64,000 nucleotides of DNA. Source: an uncultured Candidatus Saccharibacteria bacterium. GTDB taxonomy: Bacteria; Patescibacteriota; Minisyncoccia; Phycocordibacterales; CAIRYW01. Both the position numbers and the translations under genes were made by a program. The notes under the pieces were generated by a model. That model searched no databases. It was not told the DNA's origin and saw nothing but the letters and a program-made list of their open reading frames with translations. The stretch lies in assembly GCA_964446625.1 (NCBI GenBank), contig CAYUPH010000002.1, positions 69,743 through 133,742 of the forward strand. Reading direction: 5' to 3'. Positions 47,328 through 56,952 of the stretch are shown here, piece by piece (within the stretch, counting starts at the first letter, position 1; every line of letters begins with the position of its first letter).

Positions 47328-48241
47328 TACGCGTATCTTTTTTCTGAAAGCTGTTTATAAAGACTGTCCCATTCTTTACTATACTCTTCAAACTCTTGCT
47401 CTTCCTTCTCACTCCATACATGCTCTGCATTTTGTTTTGCTTTTACAGTCTTCCCTTTTACAACAAGAAATTCTTTTTCCGAAAGAAGTGGCGAGAGCCC
47501 AAACTCATTTGCAATCTTTTTATAATATTCATAATTTTGATCAGCGTGGCGCAAAATAAATACAAACCTCTTATCTTCTGGCAATTCTTCCATTTGCTTC
47601 CAAATCTCCTTGTTTACCATACTCCCCCACCATGCGATTTTCCCTATCCGGGTAAGTCCTGACCATGTTGAATAAAAGTCTCCGTTTGGTACAAGACGAC
47701 CAAAAAGGTAAAGCCAATACCACTTTTGAGGAAAAGTCGGTTGAAAACCGAGAGCTAAATCATTTCGTCCTCGAACATATTTGTGCTCAAAAAAGCCTTT
47801 ATTGTAGATTGACTGCACAGTAAACCGAGGCTCATTGATTGCAAAAATTATCTTTTCTGGAGAAAGTATATTATAAAGCTCGAGTATGCCATGTGAGAAA
47901 AAAGGGCTTATAACGAGCGACACATCAGCTTTCTTCCAATCTTCCACGATCCCTTTTTTAATTATGCGAATTATACCCGCGGTATCAATAGGAAGCTTGT
48001 TATAGCAAATATACCTATAAAAACACTCAGGCTCAAAGTTTCTTTCTGTAATTCCTGTAGCGTTTTTGTGAGCATTGAAAACATCTCCTAGCCACCTAGT
48101 TCCTGATCGAGCAGAAAGTGTGCATAAAATAAGCTTCTTTCCTTTCTTTTTCCCTTCTTCAAATAAAGCGTCAATAGTATCAAAATCCTCATCCGACATA
48201 CCCCCTCGGTCCCAAGAAATAAGCAGTTTTCCTATCTTCAT
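47327..48241 (-). CDS. Sulfotransferase-like P-loop protein
   Basis: SARSGTRWL resembles the 5'-PSB motif; EPR..VQS resembles the 3'-PB motif. Confidence 0.6.
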   Translation of the reverse strand: MKIGKLLISWDRGGMSDEDFDTIDALFEEGKKKGKKLILCTLSARSGTRWLGDVFNAHKNATGITERNFEPECFYRYICYNKLPIDTAGIIRIIKKGIVEDWKKADVSLVISPFFSHGILELYNILSPEKIIFAINEPRFTVQSIYNKGFFEHKYVRGRNDLALGFQPTFPQKWYWLYLFGRLVPNGDFYSTWSGLTRIGKIAWWGSMVNKEIWKQMEELPEDKRFVFILRHADQNYEYYKKIANEFGLSPLLSEKEFLVVKGKTVKAKQNAEHVWSEKEEQEFEEYSKEWDSLYKQLSEKRYA

Positions 48242-48303
48242 GTTCTTTTGATTACCTGACTAATTTGACCATTATACACCAAATTTTGCGTCTCAAAAGG
48301 AGA

Positions 48304-48957
48304 CTATTTCTTCTCCAAAATGAAAAAATGGTGGAATTTATTGAGGGGTGGATTGAACTCTCGGAGAATTTTAAAATGTTCCTTAAGTGAATTTCTTACT
48401 TTCTTTTTAGAAGTAGTAAAATAGTCGATCTCAAAATAATGCTGACCTGAATCTTCAAATCCACCAAACCGAACCGGAAACCGAAGAGACAAATCGATAT
48501 ACTTTCTTTTAAGAAGTGTTTGAATAAAAGGAAACTTTAGCACAATATTAAGACCTGTGTGTTTTTCAGGAAGAGAGATTACAACGTATTTTCTTGAAAT
48601 TCTATGAAAATCACCGAGCACCTTTTCGAAATCACCATATGGAATATGCTCAAGTATTTGACACGCAACGATACAGTCAAAAGAGTCTTTTTCAAAAGGA
48701 AGTGACCTCACGTCTGAAACAACGTCAGGTAAAACATTTTTATCAAAATCACATGTTGTTACTTTGTAGCCAAGCGCAGTAAGTTCTCGAGAGAGAATTT
48801 TGCTCCCCGGACCAATTTCAAGAACTGTTTCTACTTCTGGAAGCGAAATAACCGAGTCAATTTGAAAAAAGTAAGAAATAAATCTTTCAAAGGTGTTGTA
48901 CCTCTTCTTTTTGTAGTGTCCTTCTTTTACTTGTACTTTATTTTTTTCTTCCAACAT
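48304..48957 (-). CDS. Class I SAM-dependent methyltransferase
   Basis: VLEIGPG, LPF..DSFD, ILEH. Confidence 0.88.
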   Translation of the reverse strand: MLEEKNKVQVKEGHYKKKRYNTFERFISYFFQIDSVISLPEVETVLEIGPGSKILSRELTALGYKVTTCDFDKNVLPDVVSDVRSLPFEKDSFDCIVACQILEHIPYGDFEKVLGDFHRISRKYVVISLPEKHTGLNIVLKFPFIQTLLKRKYIDLSLRFPVRFGGFEDSGQHYFEIDYFTTSKKKVRNSLKEHFKILREFNPPLNKFHHFFILEKK

Positions 48958-49585
48958 AAAAATATCCAATAGGAAGCGGATAATTTGTTTTTATTTTCTT
49001 TGGTATTAGCATATCAAAAAAGAGTGCGAAAGTATTTACAACTAGACGAATAGGCCAAAACAAAAGAAGCGTGTGAAGGGAGTATGCAAAAACAGAAAAT
49101 CTTTCACCGATTCTTTCCCCCAAAACAATCTCAAAACTTTGTTTTTCAAAAAGACTCTCTATCCCCTCCTTAGTATGCCTTTGGTAATCGTGTGGCTCTG
49201 GCATTTCATTGACTGCAAAGGGATTAGACACAAGAAGGTGTCCATCTTTTTGTAAGACACGAGCCACTTCCTTAAGCACAAAGCCTGGATCTTCTGCTAT
49301 ATAAAGATTATGAAAAAGAAAAACCGTATCGAAGGATTCGTTTTCATAAGGAAACACTTTGTTAAAATCAAGAAAAACATCTTTGTCATCTGATCCAAAA
49401 TCTGTCTTTATATATGTGATGTCCTCTGGAAGAAAACCGATATAAGATGGGGCTTTTCCTGCACCTATGTCGAGAACTTTCCCTTTTATATACTTGCCGT
49501 GTTTTAAAAGACGAAACTGAAACAAGATTCGGTAAAGCGTCTTCCCTTTGATTGTCTGCCGGAGGAAACTAAATAAATTTTTCAT
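48938..49585 (-). CDS. Class I SAM-dependent methyltransferase
   Basis: VLDIGAG, FPY..ESFD, RVL..DG, PHDYQR. Confidence 0.88.
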   Translation of the reverse strand: MKNLFSFLRQTIKGKTLYRILFQFRLLKHGKYIKGKVLDIGAGKAPSYIGFLPEDITYIKTDFGSDDKDVFLDFNKVFPYENESFDTVFLFHNLYIAEDPGFVLKEVARVLQKDGHLLVSNPFAVNEMPEPHDYQRHTKEGIESLFEKQSFEIVLGERIGERFSVFAYSLHTLLLFWPIRLVVNTFALFFDMLIPKKIKTNYPLPIGYFYVGRKK

Positions 49586-50654
49586 GTGCAATCTTTATCC
49601 AATTATCTTTGTACGCTTGGAGCGTTTCCTCTTCAGAAAGAAGTTTCTTGCTTAAATCTTTATTTGCTTCACAAATTTTTTTTCGAAACTCATTGTCTTC
49701 TATAATTCGTATCATCTCAGCTAGCAACTCTTTTTCGTCTCCAATTTTTATTACAACAGCATTTTCATTATGAATAAGTAACTCATTTGCCGCACCAACA
49801 TTCGTCATGATAACAGGAAGGCCCGAAAGCGCTGCTTCTATGGGTGCAAGTCCATACCCCTCACTATATGAAGTTAGAAGAAAACAATCTCCCTTTTCAA
49901 AAAAGCTCAAAGTATCATCTATGTTTCCCAAAAAATGCACCGAGTCTGATATTTGTAGTTCCGCAGTCTTTTCTTTTAAAGAAGCTTCCTCAGGTCCTGA
50001 ACCTCCAATGAGAAGCTGACAATTTTGAAATACTTTTTTCAGCCGGTGAAATGCTCTGAGCTGCATTTCAATATTTTTTACTTTTACCAACCGGCTTAAA
50101 GTTATAAAAGTAAAACTGGTTCTATTTACATCTCTTTCCTTGTACTGAAATTTTGTACAATCTGTAAAAATAGGTACCACTGATATTTTACTTCCTTCAA
50201 GTTTAAAAGAAGATACTAAAAAGTTTTTGAGTCGAAAACTGACCGTGCGTAGTCCAGTTGCTTTTTTTAAGACAAAGCCAGCAAGAAGCTTTCTTATTCC
50301 AGTATATTTTTCAAAACCATGAACTTGAATTTCAAGTGGTGTTTTAGTGATAATACTTAAAAAAACTGCCACACTTCCTACAAAATACGTATCTCTTGTT
50401 GAGATTAAACTGTAGCCCACCCTTTTCATAAGAGCGAAACCCATGAAAAAGAACTTTAAAAGACTTACTATCTTTGATCTGGAACTAAAACTTATTACTC
50501 GTACATTTTCCGATATGTAGGTCTCTCCTTTTTTTACTCCAGGAACAAGAATATCAATTTTTTCTACAAGATTTCCATATGAAATAAATCTCTTCTGCAC
50601 CGCAGATCCTGCTACCAAAATATTCTTGTCGAGTCCAAAAAAGAGGATTTTCAT
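49569..50654 (-). CDS. GT4 glycosyltransferase
   Basis: SRLVKVK, EGYGLAPIEA. Confidence 0.9.
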   Translation of the reverse strand: MKILFFGLDKNILVAGSAVQKRFISYGNLVEKIDILVPGVKKGETYISENVRVISFSSRSKIVSLLKFFFMGFALMKRVGYSLISTRDTYFVGSVAVFLSIITKTPLEIQVHGFEKYTGIRKLLAGFVLKKATGLRTVSFRLKNFLVSSFKLEGSKISVVPIFTDCTKFQYKERDVNRTSFTFITLSRLVKVKNIEMQLRAFHRLKKVFQNCQLLIGGSGPEEASLKEKTAELQISDSVHFLGNIDDTLSFFEKGDCFLLTSYSEGYGLAPIEAALSGLPVIMTNVGAANELLIHNENAVVIKIGDEKELLAEMIRIIEDNEFRKKICEANKDLSKKLLSEEETLQAYKDNWIKIAHEKFI

Positions 50655-51745
50655 ATAAGGCCAATTAACTTATTTACTGTATTATCAAAACTGTATTTTT
50701 TCGCTTCTTCCCTAGCAGCAAGACTAACCCTCTTTACCCCCTCTGGATTTTTATAGACTTCAATTATCTTTTTTTTAAGAGCGTCTGTATCTCCAGGAGA
50801 AAAAAGAAATCCTGTAACTCCGTCGCAAATAATTTCCTCAAGGCTTCCTGTCCTCGTCGCCACAACTACAGCCCTAAGAGCCATTGCCTCTACGGCTTGA
50901 AAAGAAAAACTTTCAAATCCGGAATTTAAAACAAAAACACTCGACTTTTTTATGAGCCCGAAAAGCTCTTCTCGGGGAAGAGATTTTTGAGTTTTTATAC
51001 ATTGGGAAAGACCAGTTTCTTTGATTGCATTTAAAATGTTCTGCTCCTCGGGCCCGCTTCCCACTATACAAAGCGTCGCCTCAGGAATAACCTCCTTTAT
51101 ATCCTTAAAAGCGTATACAAGCTCTTTAAACCCCTTCCAAGGCACCATTCTCCCTGCTGTTAGTATGGCAAATCCGTCTTTTTGTGCCTCTAACGCTACA
51201 CCCTCTTTATATACAAATTTTTCAATTCCATTGTAAACTACCCGAAGTTTAGAATCCAAAACCCCCCACTTTAAAACCACACTCTTGAAGTACTCACTCG
51301 GCACAATGACTGTGTCTGCATGTGTAGCTACAAACTTTTGAATGGAACGCAAAAAACCAAGAACTCCTTTAGTTTTTTTATCTTGAAACTCATCTATACT
51401 TTCTTTTACCTCAAACCTCTGTACACCTTGCTCCCATGCGTAGTCCCCAGGAACCCGAAGTATCATTTTTTTTCGAAGTATTTTTGAAACAATCAGAGCT
51501 GGCAGACCAACACTTACTGTATCTTGCACAAAAAAAGTATTAGCTTTTCGTCCGTGCCAAAAAAGCTTTGCTCCATATACAAAGTGACGCACTATTTTTG
51601 GAAAAGACAGAACCTCTCCAAATGATTCAACTATTACATTTACACCTCGCTCAGGTAGCGCGTCTGCTAAGAGTTTTGCATATGTAGCCGGTCCACCAAT
51701 TTGTGGAGGAAAAATTCCAGTTGCAATGAGTACAGTTTTTGCCAT
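50651..51745 (-). CDS. GT4 glycosyltransferase
   Basis: FPPQIGG, YNGI, GRMVPWKG, ESFSFQAVEAMA. Confidence 0.9.
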   Translation of the reverse strand: MAKTVLIATGIFPPQIGGPATYAKLLADALPERGVNVIVESFGEVLSFPKIVRHFVYGAKLFWHGRKANTFFVQDTVSVGLPALIVSKILRKKMILRVPGDYAWEQGVQRFEVKESIDEFQDKKTKGVLGFLRSIQKFVATHADTVIVPSEYFKSVVLKWGVLDSKLRVVYNGIEKFVYKEGVALEAQKDGFAILTAGRMVPWKGFKELVYAFKDIKEVIPEATLCIVGSGPEEQNILNAIKETGLSQCIKTQKSLPREELFGLIKKSSVFVLNSGFESFSFQAVEAMALRAVVVATRTGSLEEIICDGVTGFLFSPGDTDALKKKIIEVYKNPEGVKRVSLAAREEAKKYSFDNTVNKLIGLI

Positions 51746-51746
51746 T

Positions 51747-53039
51747 TTAAACTACAAGAAGCTTGTAAAGAGATTCGATTTTACCAGCGCCGAGCGTAAG
51801 GATTATATCCCCTTCTCCCGCAAATCTTGTTATATAATCCACTGCGCTTTGTGGAGAGTCTTCATATGTAACAGCTTCGCTTCCAGCTTTTTCTACCACC
51901 ATTTGACTGGTAATACTACCATCAAAAACTTCTCTTGCGGGGTAAATAGGCAAAATCACTGTTTTCTCTGCGCCCGCAAAGCTTTCTGCAAATTCAGAGA
52001 GAAGGAGTTTTGTGCGACTGTAGAGGTGAGGCTCAAAAATAACAAAAACTTTTTTTCCTCCCACAGCTTCTATTGCCGCTTCTATTGTTGCTTTGATTTC
52101 TGTCGGATGGTGTGCGTAATCACTCACAACTTTCGAGCCCTCAGGAGTATTTCCTTTATATTCAAATCGTCGCCATGTTCCTGTAAATCCAAAAAGGCTT
52201 TTCTTTGCATCCTCTGCAGAAATTCCCAATATCTCTGCGACAGCAAGAGCTGCTGCAGCATTTTTTCTATTATGCACCCCAAACACTTGAAGTGCTAAGT
52301 GTGGGTCAAAATATTTTTTATAATCCACAACTTTTGCTTTTACTCCTTCGAGCGCTTCTTTAACCCCTTTTCCGTCTGGATCACAAACAATATATCCATC
52401 TTCGGGAACTGACATTAGAAATTCTCCAAAAGTTTTTACAATATTTTCATAACTGCCATAAAAATCTAAGTGGTCATTATCAATATTTGTCACCACTGCA
52501 ATTTTAGGCGAAATCTGCAAAAAAGATTTTTCGTACTCGCACGCCTCCACCAAAAAATATTTTCCACTTCCCCCCACATAATTGCTTTTATACTTCGAAA
52601 GGAGAGAACCCACAACAACAGTGGGCTCGAATTTTCCTTCTATCATTATTTCTGCAGTCATTGCAGTTGTTGTTGTCTTGCCGTGAGTTCCCGAAACTGC
52701 AATTGTAAATTTTTCTCTTGAAATAAGTCCAAGAACTTCTGGATACGAAAGCGTGTTTGGAAACTTTTGTTTTACGCTCTCAAGAAAGTCGGACGCAAAA
52801 TCACGAATCGCAACGGTATACACAACTAAATCTGTGTCCCCTGGAATATGCTCTAGGTTTTGTCCCTCATATACCTCTATTCCAATTTTTTGAAGTTCTT
52901 CTGTAATAAAAGAAGAACTTGAATCAGACCCCCTCACCTCAGCCCCCGCTTCTTTAAACATTCGTGCGAGTGCTGATACGCCAATACCCCCTATCCCAAG
53001 GAGAAAGACTTTTTTTATCTTTGACAAATCCGAAATCAT
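51747..53039 (-). CDS. murC: UDP-N-acetylmuramate--L-alanine ligase
   Basis: GIGGIGVSALA, GTHGKTTT, EACEY, DHLD, DYAHHP. Confidence 0.96.
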   Translation of the reverse strand: MISDLSKIKKVFLLGIGGIGVSALARMFKEAGAEVRGSDSSSSFITEELQKIGIEVYEGQNLEHIPGDTDLVVYTVAIRDFASDFLESVKQKFPNTLSYPEVLGLISREKFTIAVSGTHGKTTTTAMTAEIMIEGKFEPTVVVGSLLSKYKSNYVGGSGKYFLVEACEYEKSFLQISPKIAVVTNIDNDHLDFYGSYENIVKTFGEFLMSVPEDGYIVCDPDGKGVKEALEGVKAKVVDYKKYFDPHLALQVFGVHNRKNAAAALAVAEILGISAEDAKKSLFGFTGTWRRFEYKGNTPEGSKVVSDYAHHPTEIKATIEAAIEAVGGKKVFVIFEPHLYSRTKLLLSEFAESFAGAEKTVILPIYPAREVFDGSITSQMVVEKAGSEAVTYEDSPQSAVDYITRFAGEGDIILTLGAGKIESLYKLLVV

Positions 53040-53288
53040 GAGGCTATTTTAGCATTTTACGCCTTTTCCTTTTATTGACTAAAGGTAAAGAACGTGACTT
53101 TATTTTATTAAAAACAAGACGACATCTTTACCCAATTTTGTTGATCGTTAACTTCTAATAGGACATCGAAATTCTGCTTACTTATAAAATTACAAATCTT
53201 AACTTAACTATATAAATATATAAGATAATAATTGACATAGTATTAACAATGTGATATGGTTCTGAACGGCAATTCCGCCTCTTTAAAA

Positions 53289-53900
53289 ATGAATAATCTG
53301 GAAAACTTCCTCCGGGCCGCCGGAGATCTGAACCAAAACAACCCTCTTGCAAGCAGTGCTCGCGCACAGACCTGGACTCAACTCTTCCTGCCAGCAGCTA
53401 AGATCCTGGAAGGAGAAAATCCCAGCCGGGTAGGTGCAGTCTTACAAGCAAGTTTTTTTAACTACGAAGATGGTCTGAAGTCTGTCGTTCACGTGTCTTT
53501 AGGAAGGCCCAGCTTGAAAAACTTTGCGTTCGCCAGCGAAAAAGCATGGCGACTCTGCACAAACCAAACTCACCGCTTTGCTTCACAAAGCGCTAATCCT
53601 TTAAGGCCCACCTATGATGATCTGAGCTTTGACGACCTAAAGGCGGTGAAATTTGCTGGTGCAGTCAGGTTTGATTTACCGAAGGATGAGACGGTCATCT
53701 TATCAGTCTCGGGACTTCCTCCTCAAGTTGATGAAGTTTGTGCCTTCCTGTTCGGGAAACTTTTTTTTCCAGAGTTTGGTCCTCGTCCTAGATCGGACTA
53801 CTGGGGAGAAATGCTCTTCCGTGGTGCATCTAGCTTGTTCAACAGATTTTACGCTTCTCATCTTGATTGGTTTGACCCCAATCATACATGGAGTGCGTAA
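53289..53900 (+). CDS. ORFan with distant GlcG/HbpS-like C-terminal motif
   Basis: SEKA.RL ... FAGAV ... LSVSGLPPQVDE; promoter TTGACA-17-TATGGT (53232-53260); terminator 53902-53926; higher GC than flanks. Confidence 0.6.
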   Translation: MNNLENFLRAAGDLNQNNPLASSARAQTWTQLFLPAAKILEGENPSRVGAVLQASFFNYEDGLKSVVHVSLGRPSLKNFAFASEKAWRLCTNQTHRFASQSANPLRPTYDDLSFDDLKAVKFAGAVRFDLPKDETVILSVSGLPPQVDEVCAFLFGKLFFPEFGPRPRSDYWGEMLFRGASSLFNRFYASHLDWFDPNHTWSA

Positions 53901-53948
53901 CCCGTCTTTCAAAAGGCGGTTTTTTTATTTCCTAATTTTATCTACAAT

Positions 53949-54245
53949 TTACTGACTATAAGTTATCCTCTCGTCGCTGGACTCGTCGCGAAGTCGTTTA
54001 GCGTTTAGGATTTCTTCAAGAAGAGTTTTGAGCTTCCTTTCCGCAAAAAGGTCGTCAGAGGGTGCACTCTCGAGGTACTCACTAAGTCGAGTTTGAAAAA
54101 GTTTCTTTGTGTCCTCAAGGTACTTTGATAGGAGAAGGTGCCTATCATCGGCTTTTCCAAAATCGAGGTGAACTCCTAGCTCTGGCGCATCTCGAAAAAT
54201 AAAATAAGAAGCAGCAACACTATACTCTTTTACTTTTGTTTTCAT
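53949..54245 (-). CDS. Hypothetical protein
   Basis: 98-aa ORF following radC with 8-nt spacing. Confidence 0.65.
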   Translation of the reverse strand: MKTKVKEYSVAASYFIFRDAPELGVHLDFGKADDRHLLLSKYLEDTKKLFQTRLSEYLESAPSDDLFAERKLKTLLEEILNAKRLRDESSDERITYSQ

Positions 54246-54253
54246 ATTTTTTA

Positions 54254-55018
54254 TTAAAAATTATAATCAACATCAATACTTATAAAACCATTTTTTCCAA
54301 TTATAACATGATCAAGGAGGTCAATTCCCATAATCTTACCGCACTCAATGATCTGCTTTGTTATTTCAACATCTGCTTTACTTGGCTTCAAAACTCCGGA
54401 AGGGTGATTGTGCGCCAAGATAACAGCAACTGCTCCACACTCAAGCGCTGGACGAAAAACTTCCCTTGGGTGAACTATATTTGAATCCACTGTACCAATA
54501 GAAATCACTTCATCGCGTACTACCATGTGATGATTGTTGAGATAAATTCCCCTAAGATGTTCCTTTGACAGACTTCTCATGTCAGAGAGGTACTCGTAGA
54601 CATCATCTGCGGTTCGAATCGTTTCTCCTCTTCCCTTTTCTTTAAAAAAGCGTCGCCCTAGCTCTCCTGCAGCAACTACTTGCAGAGCTTTTACTATTGG
54701 AATTTTTAGCTCCGCGGAAAGCGCATTTGCATCCTTATGATTCACAAGAGCCTTTTGGCCATAGTTTCTAATAATCCTACCTGCCATTTCTAAAACTCCT
54801 TCCTTTTTTGTTCCGCTTGAAAGTACAATAGCAAGAAGCTCTTCGGTAGAGAGTACATCAGCGCCATGTGCGAGAAGTTTTTCTCGTGGTTTTTCATCCT
54901 CGGGTAAATCTCGAATTTTGAGAATATACCTACGAGGAGACTGTCTCAAGCGGAGACTAATCTCTGGCGTATCGTCAGTAATAAAATCATGATTTTTGAT
55001 TAAATACTTTGCCGGCAT
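54254..55018 (-). CDS. radC: RadC-family JAB domain protein
   Basis: PREKL, ELLAI, VHPREVF, HNHPSG..PS.AD, LLDHVI. Confidence 0.95.
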   Translation of the reverse strand: MPAKYLIKNHDFITDDTPEISLRLRQSPRRYILKIRDLPEDEKPREKLLAHGADVLSTEELLAIVLSSGTKKEGVLEMAGRIIRNYGQKALVNHKDANALSAELKIPIVKALQVVAAGELGRRFFKEKGRGETIRTADDVYEYLSDMRSLSKEHLRGIYLNNHHMVVRDEVISIGTVDSNIVHPREVFRPALECGAVAVILAHNHPSGVLKPSKADVEITKQIIECGKIMGIDLLDHVIIGKNGFISIDVDYNF

Positions 55019-55025
55019 GTTTTTA

Positions 55026-55616
55026 TTATACCACTTTCTTTTTACTAGTTTTCAAAAATCTTCGGATGCAAAGTACAAAAGTAAGCAGATAAATGCCAAA
55101 TAGATAAGTAGGAAATATTTTTAATAGTAGTGAAGGGTTTGAAAAGGAAGAAAAAAAGGCGAGCCCTGTTGCAACGGATCCTACTCCCCACGCAATAATT
55201 GACTCAGATCTTGGGTTTATAAAAACATTGTGTAGGGTCGGAATTGAAACAAATAAATCTGCCAGCACAGAAAAGACTGTCGTTATAAACGCATCCTTAG
55301 AAACAAGGAATACTACGAGACACAAAATTCCGAGCGCAAGATAGATGTAGTCAAAGAAAAGTATTGTCCGATTTTTGCGAGAAAGTGAAAGGAAAAAGAC
55401 TATGAGGCACGACACGCACGAACCTATAACAATCGACATAAGAAAATCAAAACCGCTTTCAAGTACCTGTGCAATCAAACTCGCAGACATAATAAGAAAC
55501 CATCCAAGCCACGAGAGAGGTCGTGGACTAAGAGTACCCTTCAAAATACCCACTGAATAAGGCACCGCAACACTCGCAAGAATGATACCAGAGAGAATTG
55601 AAAGCGTATTTTCCAT
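55026..55616 (-). CDS. Hypothetical polytopic membrane protein
   Basis: About seven TMs, P.P.SW and PT...P..E repeats (PQ-loop-like). Confidence 0.75.
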   Translation of the reverse strand: MENTLSILSGIILASVAVPYSVGILKGTLSPRPLSWLGWFLIMSASLIAQVLESGFDFLMSIVIGSCVSCLIVFFLSLSRKNRTILFFDYIYLALGILCLVVFLVSKDAFITTVFSVLADLFVSIPTLHNVFINPRSESIIAWGVGSVATGLAFFSSFSNPSLLLKIFPTYLFGIYLLTFVLCIRRFLKTSKKKVV

Positions 55617-56944
55617 TATTTCTTAGCCTCTCCAACAATTTTTAAAAACTGATCATTTCTATCGTACTCGTTTTTAAAGAGTCCAAACGAAGCAAACACA
55701 GGAGAAAAAAGAAAATTATCTCCTTCTTTTGTTAAAGACAAAACCTTTTGAACACCTTCTTCTAAATCTTTGACCTCTGTAAATTTATGAAGTAGTGGCT
55801 TTAACTTTTCGGTTCCAGTTCCCGGAAGAAGAACAATTTCTTTACACCTTTCATTTGCTACATTTGCGAATTCTTCCAAAGACACATTTTTGTCCGCACC
55901 GCCACAGAGAAGTACAATTCCTCCACTAAGCGCACGAAGCGCTGCAATCCCCGCCTCTGGTGTTGTTGCATTGTTGTCGTTCCAGATTTTGACACCATTT
56001 TCTTCTTTTACAAACTCAAGTCTTCCTTGAACCGCTTCAAAACTTTCTACTCCTTCTTTTATTTTTTCTTCGCTCGCTCCGAGCGCTCGACATGCCTCTA
56101 GAGCGCAAGCTATGTTTAGCAAATTGTGTTCTCCTGGAATTTTTATTTTCCAATCCTGTGGAACATTGTTTGGATTTCCTATTTTTATTCTCCCAACTGG
56201 TTTGCAATTTCTGCCTTCTACTTCTTTTTGCATTCCGTCTCCTAGAACCAAAGTACCATCTGGTTTTTGATATTTGAAAATATTTGCTTTGTCATCAAAA
56301 TATTTTTCCATATCTCCTCCATAGTAGTTCATATGGTCGGACATAAAAGTTGTAAAGACTGCAATGTCCGGAGAAATTTTACCTTCTCCAAAACCTTGGA
56401 GTTGCCAACTATCGAGTTCCAAAACAACAATATCTCCTGCTTCAACTTCCTTAAGAAGCGGAAGAGTTGCCATGTCACGAATATTTCCTCCTACAAACAC
56501 GTTTCCTTTTCCCGCTTCAAGTCTTAGTATATGCGCAATAAGGTGTGTTGTTGTTGATTTTCCTCGTGTTCCAGTAACACCAACAGTCCGAACGCCCGGA
56601 GGCAAAAGTTTTACAAAAAGTGACGAATCCATTTCAATAGGAATCCCTTTTTCTCTAGCGTGCAAGATAAACTCTGAATCAAGAGGAACTCCAGCACCTT
56701 TCAAAATAAAATCTTTGTCTTCAAAGTCTGTCACGGTGTGCCCGCCGAGGTGAAGTGTAAGGTTTTGAAAACCAGCAAGCTTTTCAACTGAAGTTCGAAG
56801 CTCCTCTTCTGTTTTTTTATCTGTGACAGTAAGCTCCTCTACTCCGCTTTGGAGCATAAACAGAGCGTCTCCTAGTCCTCTACCAAGAAGCCCGAGCCCG
56901 AGCTGTGTCACCTTTTTCCCTTTAAAAAAGTCTTTGTAGTTCAT
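55616..56944 (-). CDS. murD: UDP-MurNAc-L-Ala--D-glutamate ligase
   Basis: GVTGTRGKSTT, GGNI, LELDSWQL, DHMNYY, SP.FASF..F.N..DR. Confidence 0.95.
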   Translation of the reverse strand: MNYKDFFKGKKVTQLGLGLLGRGLGDALFMLQSGVEELTVTDKKTEEELRTSVEKLAGFQNLTLHLGGHTVTDFEDKDFILKGAGVPLDSEFILHAREKGIPIEMDSSLFVKLLPPGVRTVGVTGTRGKSTTTHLIAHILRLEAGKGNVFVGGNIRDMATLPLLKEVEAGDIVVLELDSWQLQGFGEGKISPDIAVFTTFMSDHMNYYGGDMEKYFDDKANIFKYQKPDGTLVLGDGMQKEVEGRNCKPVGRIKIGNPNNVPQDWKIKIPGEHNLLNIACALEACRALGASEEKIKEGVESFEAVQGRLEFVKEENGVKIWNDNNATTPEAGIAALRALSGGIVLLCGGADKNVSLEEFANVANERCKEIVLLPGTGTEKLKPLLHKFTEVKDLEEGVQKVLSLTKEGDNFLFSPVFASFGLFKNEYDRNDQFLKIVGEAKK

Positions 56945-56952
56945 ATATTTGA

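Noticed and set aside
53075-53230. Possible ncRNA in the murC-ORFan intergenic region (ggtaaaga/tctttacc stem)
   Set aside because: One 8-bp stem in AT-rich sequence with no clear terminator; insufficient support
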